Assembly (NCBI GenBank): GCA_049510745.1
Contig: JBEKYR010000006.1
Span: 1-64,000, forward strand
Direction: 5' to 3'
Length of the DNA: 64,000 nt
DNA from: Verrucomicrobiota bacterium
GTDB taxonomy: Bacteria > Verrucomicrobiota > Verrucomicrobiia > Limisphaerales > Palsa-1400
Of this stretch, positions 32,423 through 41,498 are shown piece after piece. The notes beneath the pieces are model-generated. The model searched no databases. It saw nothing but the letters and a program-made list of their open reading frames with translations, and had not been told where the DNA came from. Every line of letters starts with the position of its first letter. Within the stretch, counting starts at the first letter, position 1. The position numbers were made by a program, and so were the translations under genes.

Positions 32423-33832
32423 ATGAATGCCAAACGAAACTTGATTCAAATTTGGCTGCTGTGTGCGGCCATGCTGCAAGCGGTCACTGGCAAAGCGCAG
32501 GACCTGACCTTCAACTCCAGCACTTATCCTGTGGGAAGTGGGCCGGTAATACCTGCGGTGGCAGATATCAATGGCGATGGCAAACTGGATTTGATTATCC
32601 CGATTTCCGTTTTTAGTTGTGCAGATCCTACTCATAACTCATCGGGCACCACCCTGGTGGTGCTGACGAACAACGGCAGCGGTGGGTTTGGCTCCAATGC
32701 CACCCTGACCGTAGGCACGGGGCCGATTGATGTCGCGGCTGCAGATCTCAACGGCGATGGCTACGTGGATTTGATCAGCGCAAATATCACTGACAGCACC
32801 CTGACGGTGCTAACGAACAATGGCACCGGTGGTTTTGGTTTGAGCGCGACGCTTTCCGTGGGCGCTGGACCATCATGTGTCGTGGCGGCTGATGTGAACG
32901 GTGATGGCTGCTTGGATTTGATTAGCGCAAATTCCCACAGCAACACGCTGACAGTGTGGTTTAACAACGGCCGCGGGGGCTTTGTCACTAATGCCACGCT
33001 CACCGTAGGCACGGGGCCTTACTGTTTGGCGGCTGCAGATGTTAACGGCGATGGCTACGTGGATTTGATCAGTGCAAATTATGGCGGCGGTAGCGGCAAC
33101 TCATTAACGGTGCTGACGAACAATGGCAGCGGTGGGTTTGGATACAATGCCACCCTGACCGTGGGCCAAGGACCCTTATGGGTCGTGGCGGCGGATGTGA
33201 ATGGCCATGGCAAACCGGACTTGATCTGTGCCAATTTTTCGGGCAACTCATGGACGGTGCTGACCAACGATGGCAGCGGTGGCTTTGGCATCAATGCCAC
33301 GCTCAATGACCCTATCGGGGGCTTTTTTCCGAGTGCCTTCGCGGTGGGGGATTTCAACGGCGATGGCTACGTGGATTTGATCTGCGGGACTTCCGGCCCC
33401 GGTTGCAGTGGAGGAGATAATTACCTGATAGTATTTACCAACAATGGCAGCGGTGCTTTTGGCTACAATACCACCCTTTCCGCGGGCAATAAGCCGAACC
33501 CTGTTGGGGCGGATCTCAGCGGTGATGGCAAAATGGATTTGCTCGTCGCGAATTACCTTGATGGGACGGTAACGGTGCTGATGAATACTTCTCTTTTCCA
33601 AACTCCGACTTTGACTCCAACGCTGACCGTGAAACAACAGAGCAGGAATATTTGCGTAGCGTGGCCGTATCCTTCGCCCGGTTGGGAATTGCAGGAGAAT
33701 CCAGATTTAACGAAGCCGAACTGGCTGCCCAGCGGTTATGACGGCTATGGCATTACCGATGACGGAACGAACAAGAGCCTCACCATGCCACCGACACCTG
33801 GCAGTTTATTCTTCCGTCTTTTGCATCCTTAA
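32423..33832 (+). CDS. Secreted FG-GAP/VCBS repeat protein with the shared C-terminal domain
   Basis: Signal MNAKRNLIQIWLLCAAMLQAVTGKA; seven ADxNGDGxxDLI-type repeats; ends LFFRLLHP. Confidence 0.9.
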   Translation: MNAKRNLIQIWLLCAAMLQAVTGKAQDLTFNSSTYPVGSGPVIPAVADINGDGKLDLIIPISVFSCADPTHNSSGTTLVVLTNNGSGGFGSNATLTVGTGPIDVAAADLNGDGYVDLISANITDSTLTVLTNNGTGGFGLSATLSVGAGPSCVVAADVNGDGCLDLISANSHSNTLTVWFNNGRGGFVTNATLTVGTGPYCLAAADVNGDGYVDLISANYGGGSGNSLTVLTNNGSGGFGYNATLTVGQGPLWVVAADVNGHGKPDLICANFSGNSWTVLTNDGSGGFGINATLNDPIGGFFPSAFAVGDFNGDGYVDLICGTSGPGCSGGDNYLIVFTNNGSGAFGYNTTLSAGNKPNPVGADLSGDGKMDLLVANYLDGTVTVLMNTSLFQTPTLTPTLTVKQQSRNICVAWPYPSPGWELQENPDLTKPNWLPSGYDGYGITDDGTNKSLTMPPTPGSLFFRLLHP

Positions 33833-34012
33833 AACACTGGAAGCCACGTATCTGTCACCTGAAGCCTGACGTACTCCGTTAGGCAGACTCCTGCTTTGTC
33901 TTGGCTGCCGTGTTCCCTTGAACCAGCGGTCAAATCTCGGTGGACTGGTGGTTAGTGTCCAGGAGGTCGGAGCGATTTCGTCCATGCTCACCCCAACAAG
34001 CCGACCGGGACC

Positions 34013-34255
34013 ATGATGGAACTGCTCAGGCTCATCATCGCCCAAGAACGCCCTGACCTGATTGAGGGCCAGACAAGGGAAGTGAAGGATGCAGGGACAG
34101 GAGCCAAATTCAATGCCGCGCAGTTGAGTCCGAGGGAGCGGGAGATAATCGAGGGCTTGCGAAAACTGTCGGTCAAGGATCAGGAGGCGGTTTTTGCGGT
34201 AATAAAGGCTCTGCTGCGGGTTACGGGTCGCAGGGGGAGGAAAGCCGAGCCGTGA
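34013..34255 (+). CDS. Small hypothetical protein, possibly the C-terminal part of an XRE-type regulator
   Basis: LSPREREIIEGLRKLSVKDQEAVFAVIKAL resembles a repressor C-terminal tail; no HTH visible. Confidence 0.35.
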   Translation: MMELLRLIIAQERPDLIEGQTREVKDAGTGAKFNAAQLSPREREIIEGLRKLSVKDQEAVFAVIKALLRVTGRRGRKAEP

Positions 34256-34437
34256 ACTGGTTTTTGATCGACAATCTGGCCAGCCATACGTGGAAATCAG
34301 TGAGCCAAAACTGCAAGATTCTCGCCCCAGCCCCGTATTGGAGTTTGATGTTTTATGTTGATAGGCACTTGGAAATCACGGGTATTGAACGGCTTTCGAG
34401 ATTTGACAAGTGCCGGTCCAGAAAGGATTTTCGATAG

Positions 34438-35157
34438 ATGCAAACGAGTGTGATGAAAATTGCGTTCGGCCTGCTGTTCGCTGTTGGAGCGGCGCTTTTC
34501 ATAATTTTAGCAAGTGCGTGCAATGCAGCCCCTCGTTACACAGCGAATGCAGCATTCTCGGTCAATTGGAACCAGATGCCGCCCAACCAACCAGACCAAG
34601 ATCCACAACAGGCACATCAAGAATTCAACGCCAGCCTCTCCAAATTTAAGGTCAGCAAAAAATTTATCTCGCTGTTATGCGACCACGGTAAACTTCCCAG
34701 CGCCAAATCAGCCTCACTCGAAGCACAGTTGCGGAAATACTTGAGGGTAATCCCTGCCGGGACGACCAACAATCGTGCGCTGTATCAGGTTTGTTTTGAA
34801 GGCGACAACCAAGCTGTCGCGATTGAAGCAGTGAATCTTTTAAGCACTCGTTTCGTTGACAGACTCAACCGCAAAGCAAAATCGCATTCCACGAGCGAGA
34901 CCGTCAAATCGGCAGAGGAGTATGCGAAGAGCCGGAATGAGGAGGACGATTTGAGGGGGGAATTGGCTAATCTTTCCCAGCAGCAGAATCGGGAGTTCAG
35001 CCAGGAGCGGCAGGCACGGATTCAGCAGATAAATCAGGAATTGGAGGTCAACGACATCCACAAAACATTTTCGGGATTACGCACTCTTGTTAATGGGGTT
35101 GGCATTTTTGTGGACCCAGCCAAAGTGGAACAAAAGGGCGTCGTGAGAATGCGATGA
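34438..35157 (+). CDS. Hypothetical exported/lipoprotein
   Basis: Hydrophobic N-terminus ending LASAC; coiled-coil C-terminal half. Confidence 0.6.
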   Translation: MQTSVMKIAFGLLFAVGAALFIILASACNAAPRYTANAAFSVNWNQMPPNQPDQDPQQAHQEFNASLSKFKVSKKFISLLCDHGKLPSAKSASLEAQLRKYLRVIPAGTTNNRALYQVCFEGDNQAVAIEAVNLLSTRFVDRLNRKAKSHSTSETVKSAEEYAKSRNEEDDLRGELANLSQQQNREFSQERQARIQQINQELEVNDIHKTFSGLRTLVNGVGIFVDPAKVEQKGVVRMR

Positions 35158-35458
35158 TTGGCCTCAAAACCTCTTCCCAAGCTCGACAACCGCCTTTCGT
35201 TTTATAGACGTCTCCATCCATTCCCGGCCCTTGCAACGGTCATCATCCATGCCGCGCCGGATCTCAAGCCTGCCGTCCAATCGCTTGAGGAGTTGGGTGC
35301 CTACGAAACTCAAAGGCTCCGTAGCTTGGCAGCTGTTCTGAACACCAATCAGAAGAGATTGCGCCGATTAACCTTGCGGGGTATCATGCACAGTATTGTG
35401 TCGGAGACGGAACCTGACGGATTGGCAGATCTGACCTATGTTTTCATAGGGAATCACA

Positions 35459-35508
35459 TCTGAATGGGGTTCAGAAGGTCGTGAGTTCAAATCTCACCGC
35501 CCCGACCA
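35459..35508 (+). mobile_element. att-like fragment: 3' part of tRNA-Pro(GGG)
   Basis: TCTGA-ATGGGGT-TCAGA anticodon arm, GTGAGTTCAAATCTCAC T arm and CGCCCCGACCA end; no 5' acceptor strand or D arm. Confidence 0.85.
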
Positions 35509-35547
35509 TTTTTTACAAAGCTTGCCGGAGCAAGCGGCCAGCAGGGT

Positions 35548-38500
35548 TTAGGGCGAAACAACACGGTAGAATCGCTGGGTGCTGCCGGGCGAATTGGTAT
35601 CGGTAAAAATCACTGTGGCACCCGTTGCGTTGGTCGCACTCGCCGGCAAGGTGGTCCACGAACCCACCGCCAGGTTGGTCTTGACCTGAACCTCATACTG
35701 GAATCCGGCAGTGGTGGCGTAGGTGAGGACGACCAAACCGCCGGGATTGACCGTTGCCCCGAGGATATTCTGCGGCGGCGGGGTCGCGGTATGGACGGTG
35801 AACGGCGCGCTAACGGCGTTGGCCAGCGACGCCGGGGCGACGCAACTTGCGCAAAGCCACTTGTTGCTCAAATAGTTCAGGACACTGATGGAGGCCGCGG
35901 CGCTGAGGGAGTTGCTGTAAACCAGAATCTCCGCAACGTCTCCCTGGAAGATAGTGCTGCTCGTGTCAAAACCGGAACCGACGTGCCCCTGACAACCCGC
36001 CGCGTTCAGAAAACCGGCCGCCGTCCCCGCTGCCACTGCCGTGCCGTTCAGGTAAATCGTTTTGTAGCGGTTGCTATCAATCGTATCCATCCAGACGCGG
36101 GCCGCCGGATACGTAAAGCTGCCGGGAACGTAATCCAAGTCGTCAGCGTAGTGCGCAAAGGTGAAGTCGCCCGAGCTGCGATAGCCGGTGTGCAAGGCCT
36201 TGTCGGTGCTATTGCCTCCGCTGCCTGTATCGCCCAGGAAGTAGCTGGTATTCCCACCCTTGTTCGAGGCCACTTCGATGACCGCAATCGTATAGGGCGT
36301 ATTGTTCAGGAACGTCAAGTCCACGTCAAAAAACGTGCTCGATCCGTCAAAACGCACCGTCCGAGCCTGCCCCGACGCACCCGACGCCAAAGTTGAGTTG
36401 GTAGCAAGGATCGGGGGGACGCCTGCGGCCGCGTTGCGCCCATTGCCGCTCCGGTCATTCCACGCCGTCACGTAACCTGCGATGAGCGTCAGACTATTCA
36501 AATCCGAAGAGTCCAGCCACAAGCCCAGTTCATTGTGCAGCGGCGGGATGTAGCCAACCGGGGTGGTGTTTGTGGCGGTCAGGATGCAGCCAGCGCCTGG
36601 CACATTGAGTTCGAGGTTGGTGAAGGCCACCATGCCGTCGCCGCCGGCGGAGCCAATGTTGTAATTCGTGGCGCCCAGCAAAGGCCCGGTGCCAACGCTC
36701 AGGCACACCTGCACGTTCTGGGTCGCGGCCAATCCACTGGTGGAGGGATTGCCGAAAGCGTCCGCCGTTTGCAAGACGGGTTGCGTGCCGAAGGGCAGCC
36801 CGCTGGTGGCATTGCCGGGCTGGATGGTCCAGATCAACTCGGAGGCTGGACCCACGCCCACATTGATGGCGGTGGAATTGACCGGCGCCAGGCCGCCGGA
36901 GGTGAATTCCAGAGTGACCGCCGGGCCGGCATTGGTTACAAAAAGACCGGTGAAAAGGGCAACGCCGCTGACGGGCATCGCCGCTGGCGCGGCAAGGCTG
37001 CCATTCAAATTGCCGCCGGCCACCTCGGCCGCCATGACCGCACTGGTGTAGCTGGTCACGATATTGCCATAATTGTCGAGGACCGTCACGCTGGGTTGTT
37101 GCGCGAAGGAGGCGCCTGCCATGGCCGTGCTGGAAGGCTGCTGGGTTACCTTCAGCCCGGTGGCGGTGTTGGCGCTGACATTGATGGCGCTGGATGTCAC
37201 GGCGGGACTGGGCAGGCTGGAATCGGTGAACGTGAGGGTGACGTTGTTGGCCGCATTAGTGATATAGAGGTTGGCGAAGACCGCCGTGCCATTGCTGGCG
37301 GTCACCATCTGGCTTGCAGTGCTGGCGTTCAAGTATCCGCCCGTGCCGGCAGCTTGAGCGGCGCTGATCGTATCTGTGGCGTTCGAAATCACGTTGCCGT
37401 ATTGGTCAGTCACTTGAACCGCGAGCGCCGGTGTCATCACCACGCCCGCAGTGGCTGTGGCGGGAGGCTGCTGCGCAATCACCAGTTGGTTCGCAGCAAC
37501 AGGGCTGATGGTGAAGGTGGCGCTATTGGTGGCCAGCGTCGTGGTGGCGTCGCCGACGGCAAGCTGTTTGAGGCCGGCGGCGTTGATGCTCAGATTGGGG
37601 AAGTGCGCGATGCCATTGGCATCGGTATTGGTGGCCTGAATTCCGGCGAGAGTCCCAGTGCCGTTGGTCAGGGAAAGGGTGAGCAGGATGTTCGTAACCG
37701 GGGCGGCATTGCTCCAGGCCGCGACTTGAATTTCCGGCGAGATCACCGCGCCAGCCAAGGCATTGGAAGGCTCCTGCGCCCAACTCAATGCGGTAGCCGT
37801 GAGCGGCGGCGGAAGGACATGGAAGGCCGCGCTGGTGATCACCAGCGAGGAATTGCTCGCTACGATTTGTTTGAGGCCGGCCTGGCTGACGCTCAGATTC
37901 GAAAAGTGGGCGATGCCGTTTGAGTCGGTATTGGCGGTTTGGATGCCGGTCAGGACGCCGACACCGCTGGAGAGAAAGAGCGTGATGGGGATGCCGACAA
38001 CAGCGTAGGCTTCGTTAGAGGCGCCGACTTGAATCTCCGGCGAGATCACGCTGCCCGCTACGCTGGTCGAAGGCGATTTCACCCAACTCAACGCCGTCGC
38101 CGTCGTCGGCGGCGCGATGGACAAAGAAACATTGGACAGCGAGACGCCGGCCGTGGAAGTGCCCAGGTCGAACATGAGGTTGGCGTTGAAATCCGACGTT
38201 TGCTGCATGGTGAAGGTATATTGATATTGGTTCGGGACCGGGGTGAGCGCCGTGGATCCGATGCCGCTGTAGTTGAGATAAGGAGCGGCAGCTTGCCCAA
38301 CCTCAGCTTGGATGAAGCGTGGCCGGGCCGACCAGGCGTCAAATGCAAGAGTGTATTGCAGCCCCTGCAGCAGGCGGAAGCCGGTTTGGTACAACTGAAT
38401 GTCCGTCGCGTAGGTGCCGCCATTGGTGATGGAGAAATGGATGACGCCGTTGGTGACGGTCCAACCCGCCGACCCGCTGTTGGCCAGCGCGAAAATCCAA

Positions 38501-41442
38501 CCATTCGTGCCTTGGGAGAAATTCCCGTTAGTGACCATATTCTGCCCCGGCCGGATGAGGTTGACCGTGACGCTTTGTTCGTTGGAAAACCCGCCTTCCG
38601 TGCCGTCACGATGCACGGCGGTGACCCGGAAGTAATACACAGCGCCGTTTTGCAGGAACGTCAACCGCGCGAGGGTCGTCGTCGAGGTGGCCAGGAGGTT
38701 GGTCGAGTGGGATGCCGTGCCGCCGTAAATGCGATAATAAGCTATATTCGTGTCGCCGAATTGATTGAAGATGAGGGTCACGTTGTCGGGATAGGACTCG
38801 ATGAGCAGGTAGGGCTGGAGGGCCACGGCCTGCCAGGAGCAGCGCCAAACGCGGTAGGCCTCCCAATGGTTGACCCAGTTCATCTCGAACGCCTTGGTGC
38901 CGTTGGGTGTGACCTCGGTGAGCTTGGGCAAATTAGTCACGGCCCAGTCGATCAGCGTGTTGCCATTGGTCAAACGCTGGGTGTTGCCCATGTAGTATGC
39001 GTAGAGGGAGGTCGTCGTGATCGGAGGATACTGCCAGACCACGGTGGCGGTCATGCTGTTGGTGTCCACCTGGTACTCCACCCCGCGCGACACGGGAGGG
39101 TTGTGCAAGTTCCCATCATCGAACAGCGTGTACTGGTTGGTGGCCACCACGCGGATGGCGTGCAGGTTGGCCGGGCCATTCAGCGGATCATTCGGAAAAG
39201 TGAAGTCGCTCTCCACCCCGCCCAGCCGCCAGATGACGAGGCCCGTGTTCCGGTCGATCTTGGTAATTTCACTGGTGTTGCGGCTGGACAGCAGGATGTT
39301 GCCGTCGGTATCCACGTCAATGGCGTTCATGTGGGGAAAATCAAAGTAGCTGGACCTGAGGTCAATGAACTGTTGCTCATCGAGAATATTGATGTGATCC
39401 CAGGCCCGCCATTGAAAGATCAAGTCCCCTGCCGCCGTGAACTCCTGGATCGCCGATTCGATAACGGAAGCGTTGGTCAGGCCGCCGGCGATGTAGCGGC
39501 TCATGTCCACTGTTTCCGTATTGAGCGCGGTGACAAAATAAGTTCCATCGGCCAGCACCTGGAGTTCATGCTCGTCCCCGTAGAAACCGTTGGTGGTCCA
39601 GTATTGGGCGATTTGTTGGTAGTTGGTGTTAAAACCGTTGAAATGGTCGCCCCCTTCGTCGCGGGCCAGCATGGTCATCACGCCGTTGTGCTGGACCTTC
39701 ATGTCGCGGCGCTCGTCGGGATACTTCGAGTACCACACCGGCTGGCCAGAATTGTCAAATATAACGTTCCAAGGGTCGCCCCCGCCGCCGCGGTTATCAA
39801 TGAAGATATATTCCGGATCGGGATTGTTACTGGTGGTGATGTTAATGTAGGGAAAGTCAGTGGGGACCGAGACCCCGTTGGGCATGATTCCATCCTGTCC
39901 AGGGGTTACGCCCAGGGGCGTGTACATCGGCGTGGCCGCCGGCGCCGCCGGCGTCACATCGCTTGGGAGCGGGTGGGGAGAGTGGGTCGGGGTGGAGAGC
40001 TTGGCGGCCGTGGTCGCCGATGAGGTCTGGGTGAGATTGGATTGGCCTTTGGCGGCGGGGGCGCTGGAGCCGAGCGCAATCACAGCCGGGATTCCCGGAG
40101 TTCCGTTCGACCAGGGGGACAGCACCTCTCCGGGGATGATTTCCGAAGGCGCCGCGGCAGCTTGACCGGGCATGGCCCAGCCGACTGCCAGATTGTCGCC
40201 GCCGCCGCCCTGTTTGTGCCGCGCTTCGATGTAGTATCGCTGCCCGGCTTGCAGGTTGATCGGCACCGAATGTTGGGAGCTGTAGTTGGTCCAGATCTGG
40301 GGATTGGTCCACCCTGGCACCGAGGCGATCAGACTCGCGTTGGTGGGATTGGCGTTGGTGCTGAACCACAGTTCGCTGTTGTCGTCGCTGGAGATCCAGA
40401 ACCGATAGGCGCCGGTGAGGGGAGCGGTAATAAATCCGCGGACCCGTGTGCCATAGTTCAGCGCCCAGTTGACCGGCCCGTTGAAACTGGGCAGCTGATC
40501 GCTGAGGCTGGGAGAGGCGGGATAAGCCGGGTTGTTCGTGAGATTGCTGACGGCAGTGCCGGCGATGCCGAGCCAGCATTCCCACAGTGCCGAGCCGGTG
40601 GCGGGGGTGAGTTCCAGTTCGGCCAAGTGGACACCCGTGGCAGTAGCGGGATTATTCACGCGGGTAATCACCAAACGATAGCCGCGGTAGGCGGTCGTGT
40701 TGGTGATGGCGTAGGACCGGGGTTGCAGTCGGTTGCTGAAGGTCTGGCCGGTTTGGGTGTCCAGCAGCAACAGGTTGCTGGACGCGTCCACGCCATAGAA
40801 TTGCCATGCGCCGGGATCGTCCGCCGGGGCGCCAAGGGCCGAGGTGAGAGCGTAACGGTTCACCACATGCATGGCGCTGCCGGGATAGAGATACTGAATC
40901 CAAGCGAAGTTGGTGCTTCCGTTGGGGACAGTTGGATCCTGCCATGCGGTGCTGAGGTTATTGTCAAAGGCCATCGCCGCAGTGGTATTTGTCGAACTGG
41001 CGCTCGCCGTGATCGTAGCCCCATCGGGCATAGGCCCCGAGATCATGAACTGGTATTGGTACGGCGGGATGGTGGTGTTGGTGGTGAGGTCAACCTGGGG
41101 CGCAAGGCTCACCGTCACCAGTTCGTTCTGACTAAAACTCAAGGCCGTCTGGAAGATCACCGTCTGGTTGTCACCGGCAATTTTGGTGGCGCCGGGGTGG
41201 AACCCGCTGCTGGCGCCGGTCACCCGAATGCACTGCGCCAGGTTCGTGACCGCGGTGGGCGGCAGCGTCATAAACCGCATCAGGAAAAGAGTAGTTTGAT
41301 TCGGGGCATACTGCGAACCAGGCTCCGGGGAGAGGTAGGCGTATCCCAACGCCCGGTACGAGCCGCCGTCGGTCTGAGCTTGAGCACCGACGGCACCCAG
41401 TATCAACCCAGCCGCCACTAAAACTAGATTCAGACTCCTCAT
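35548..41442 (-). CDS. Secreted multidomain arylsulfotransferase (ASST)-family protein with discoidin, PA14, FN3, CBM4/9-like and LamG-like domains
   Basis: Signal MRSLNLVLVAAGLILGAVGAQA; DEHEL, FPHMNAIDVD, LHAIR ASST-type His motifs; PA14 YRFWISSDDNSELW; NGNFSQGTNGW; FQGDVAEILVY; ends FYRVVSP. Confidence 0.85.
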   Translation of the reverse strand: MRSLNLVLVAAGLILGAVGAQAQTDGGSYRALGYAYLSPEPGSQYAPNQTTLFLMRFMTLPPTAVTNLAQCIRVTGASSGFHPGATKIAGDNQTVIFQTALSFSQNELVTVSLAPQVDLTTNTTIPPYQYQFMISGPMPDGATITASASSTNTTAAMAFDNNLSTAWQDPTVPNGSTNFAWIQYLYPGSAMHVVNRYALTSALGAPADDPGAWQFYGVDASSNLLLLDTQTGQTFSNRLQPRSYAITNTTAYRGYRLVITRVNNPATATGVHLAELELTPATGSALWECWLGIAGTAVSNLTNNPAYPASPSLSDQLPSFNGPVNWALNYGTRVRGFITAPLTGAYRFWISSDDNSELWFSTNANPTNASLIASVPGWTNPQIWTNYSSQHSVPINLQAGQRYYIEARHKQGGGGDNLAVGWAMPGQAAAAPSEIIPGEVLSPWSNGTPGIPAVIALGSSAPAAKGQSNLTQTSSATTAAKLSTPTHSPHPLPSDVTPAAPAATPMYTPLGVTPGQDGIMPNGVSVPTDFPYINITTSNNPDPEYIFIDNRGGGGDPWNVIFDNSGQPVWYSKYPDERRDMKVQHNGVMTMLARDEGGDHFNGFNTNYQQIAQYWTTNGFYGDEHELQVLADGTYFVTALNTETVDMSRYIAGGLTNASVIESAIQEFTAAGDLIFQWRAWDHINILDEQQFIDLRSSYFDFPHMNAIDVDTDGNILLSSRNTSEITKIDRNTGLVIWRLGGVESDFTFPNDPLNGPANLHAIRVVATNQYTLFDDGNLHNPPVSRGVEYQVDTNSMTATVVWQYPPITTTSLYAYYMGNTQRLTNGNTLIDWAVTNLPKLTEVTPNGTKAFEMNWVNHWEAYRVWRCSWQAVALQPYLLIESYPDNVTLIFNQFGDTNIAYYRIYGGTASHSTNLLATSTTTLARLTFLQNGAVYYFRVTAVHRDGTEGGFSNEQSVTVNLIRPGQNMVTNGNFSQGTNGWIFALANSGSAGWTVTNGVIHFSITNGGTYATDIQLYQTGFRLLQGLQYTLAFDAWSARPRFIQAEVGQAAAPYLNYSGIGSTALTPVPNQYQYTFTMQQTSDFNANLMFDLGTSTAGVSLSNVSLSIAPPTTATALSWVKSPSTSVAGSVISPEIQVGASNEAYAVVGIPITLFLSSGVGVLTGIQTANTDSNGIAHFSNLSVSQAGLKQIVASNSSLVITSAAFHVLPPPLTATALSWAQEPSNALAGAVISPEIQVAAWSNAAPVTNILLTLSLTNGTGTLAGIQATNTDANGIAHFPNLSINAAGLKQLAVGDATTTLATNSATFTISPVAANQLVIAQQPPATATAGVVMTPALAVQVTDQYGNVISNATDTISAAQAAGTGGYLNASTASQMVTASNGTAVFANLYITNAANNVTLTFTDSSLPSPAVTSSAINVSANTATGLKVTQQPSSTAMAGASFAQQPSVTVLDNYGNIVTSYTSAVMAAEVAGGNLNGSLAAPAAMPVSGVALFTGLFVTNAGPAVTLEFTSGGLAPVNSTAINVGVGPASELIWTIQPGNATSGLPFGTQPVLQTADAFGNPSTSGLAATQNVQVCLSVGTGPLLGATNYNIGSAGGDGMVAFTNLELNVPGAGCILTATNTTPVGYIPPLHNELGLWLDSSDLNSLTLIAGYVTAWNDRSGNGRNAAAGVPPILATNSTLASGASGQARTVRFDGSSTFFDVDLTFLNNTPYTIAVIEVASNKGGNTSYFLGDTGSGGNSTDKALHTGYRSSGDFTFAHYADDLDYVPGSFTYPAARVWMDTIDSNRYKTIYLNGTAVAAGTAAGFLNAAGCQGHVGSGFDTSSTIFQGDVAEILVYSNSLSAAASISVLNYLSNKWLCASCVAPASLANAVSAPFTVHTATPPPQNILGATVNPGGLVVLTYATTAGFQYEVQVKTNLAVGSWTTLPASATNATGATVIFTDTNSPGSTQRFYRVVSP

Positions 41443-41498
41443 GATATTTGGCTCTGGACAGGGCGCTGGCAGCAATGTCCGTAGTTTTCTAAGGGCTG

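Noticed and set aside
35158..35463. 101-aa ORF ending in the tRNA-Pro fragment
   Set aside because: Non-ATG start, no recognisable motif, and it runs through probable att flank DNA
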